Shown piece by piece: positions 63,284-64,000 of a stretch of 64,000 nt of DNA (the first letter of the stretch is position 1; each line of letters begins with the position of its first letter). This DNA is from Bilabrum cf. latius. Lineage: Eukaryota. Made by a program: the position numbers and the translations under genes. The stretch is from contig OZ237743.1 of assembly GCA_965178125.1 (NCBI GenBank), forward strand, positions 310,001-374,000, given 5' to 3'. Below the pieces are notes generated by a model. The model was not told the origin of the DNA and searched no databases. It was given only the letters and a program-made list of their open reading frames with translations.

Positions 63284-64000
63284 TTAAGGTGGAGCCGATA
63301 TGGGGTCAAGTGGTGTGGGTGGTAAGTTGGCAGCGGTTATATTCCCCATAACTACTAAATTACCATTTGTTAAGTTCAGGCGGAATAAATTAAATTGACT
63401 TAACTTATCAGTTATGCGGATATGGTTATCATCATCACATTCAATGAAACATTTTATATCACCATTGTTCTGAATAGCAATTTGAGAACCGGCTTGAAAA
63501 GTTGTAGCATCAATAAAATTGGCATTTACTATATTATTATTGCCAGCATCATCACCAACAGTTAAAACTTGGGTTAGATTCTGAGGACTTCCACCTCCTC
63601 CCGATTGTGAATCAACATAAGCTTTTGTGGCTACATCCTGAGCATTGGTAGGATTCCCTATATTTACGATTGATTGACCTCCTCCGTCATTTCCTTGATT
63701 TAATACTTGGGTAAGATTCTTATTAGAAGCATTATCAACATATGATTTAGTTGCGGCATCCGTTGAATCTGAGGGTTGTGAGAGGTTTTTGATTTGCTGA
63801 TTTCCCGCATCGTTTCCAACGGTTAACACTTGGGATAGATTCTGAGAACTTCCTCCGCCACCCGATTGTGAATCAACATAAGCTTTTGTGGCTACATCTT
63901 GGTCATTAGTTGGGTCATTGACATCAGTTATTTTGTTATTTCCTGCCGAATTTCCAACGGCTAACACTTGGGTTAAATTTTGATTGGTTCCTCCGCTTCC
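63284..64000 (-). CDS. Outer-element fibre-like repeat protein (5' end outside window)
   Basis: Tandem QNLTQVLxVGNDAG..I.....PT..QDVATKAYVD..SGGGG repeats; ends TAA. Confidence 0.75.
   Translation of the reverse strand, partial: GSGGTNQNLTQVLAVGNSAGNNKITDVNDPTNDQDVATKAYVDSQSGGGGSSQNLSQVLTVGNDAGNQQIKNLSQPSDSTDAATKSYVDNASNKNLTQVLNQGNDGGGQSIVNIGNPTNAQDVATKAYVDSQSGGGGSPQNLTQVLTVGDDAGNNNIVNANFIDATTFQAGSQIAIQNNGDIKCFIECDDDNHIRITDKLSQFNLFRLNLTNGNLVVMGNITAANLPPTPLDPISAPP

Larger units (their letters stand above)
39684..64000. mobile_element. Outer endogenous virophage/Polinton-like element (right end outside window)
   Basis: Abrupt junction with a poly-C end, sharp AT enrichment, intronless SF3 helicase, pPolB and fibre genes; its capsid and integrase genes are not visible here. 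Confidence 0.85.

Overview
Eukaryotic (protist) nuclear DNA in which TAG is almost certainly read as Gln while TAA/TGA remain stops. With that code the fragmented ORF track resolves into intact genes. Left part (1-39683, GC-rich host DNA): the 3' part of a PINK1-like kinase, then about 3.6 tandem copies of a ~10.4-kb unit encoding a SAM-domain protein, one or two LRR+ankyrin-like proteins with hypervariable segments, and a ~1320-aa secreted subtilisin-like (S8) protease. One protease copy is split by a 4.2-kb Ngaro (tyrosine-recombinase) retrotransposon. Right part (39684-64000): an AT-rich endogenous virophage/Polinton-like element (SF3 helicase, protein-primed PolB, fibre genes) inserted into an LRR gene. 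Inside one of its genes sits a second, apparently complete 17.7-kb mavirus-like virophage (453-bp TIRs, 5-6-bp TSD, rve integrase, helicase, pPolB, MCP, penton, ATPase, protease). The inner virophage uses TAG as a sense codon throughout, whereas the outer element has no in-frame TAG and ends every complete gene with TAA. All translations and alignments were done by eye, family calls rest on recognised motifs, and the host species cannot be determined from this window.
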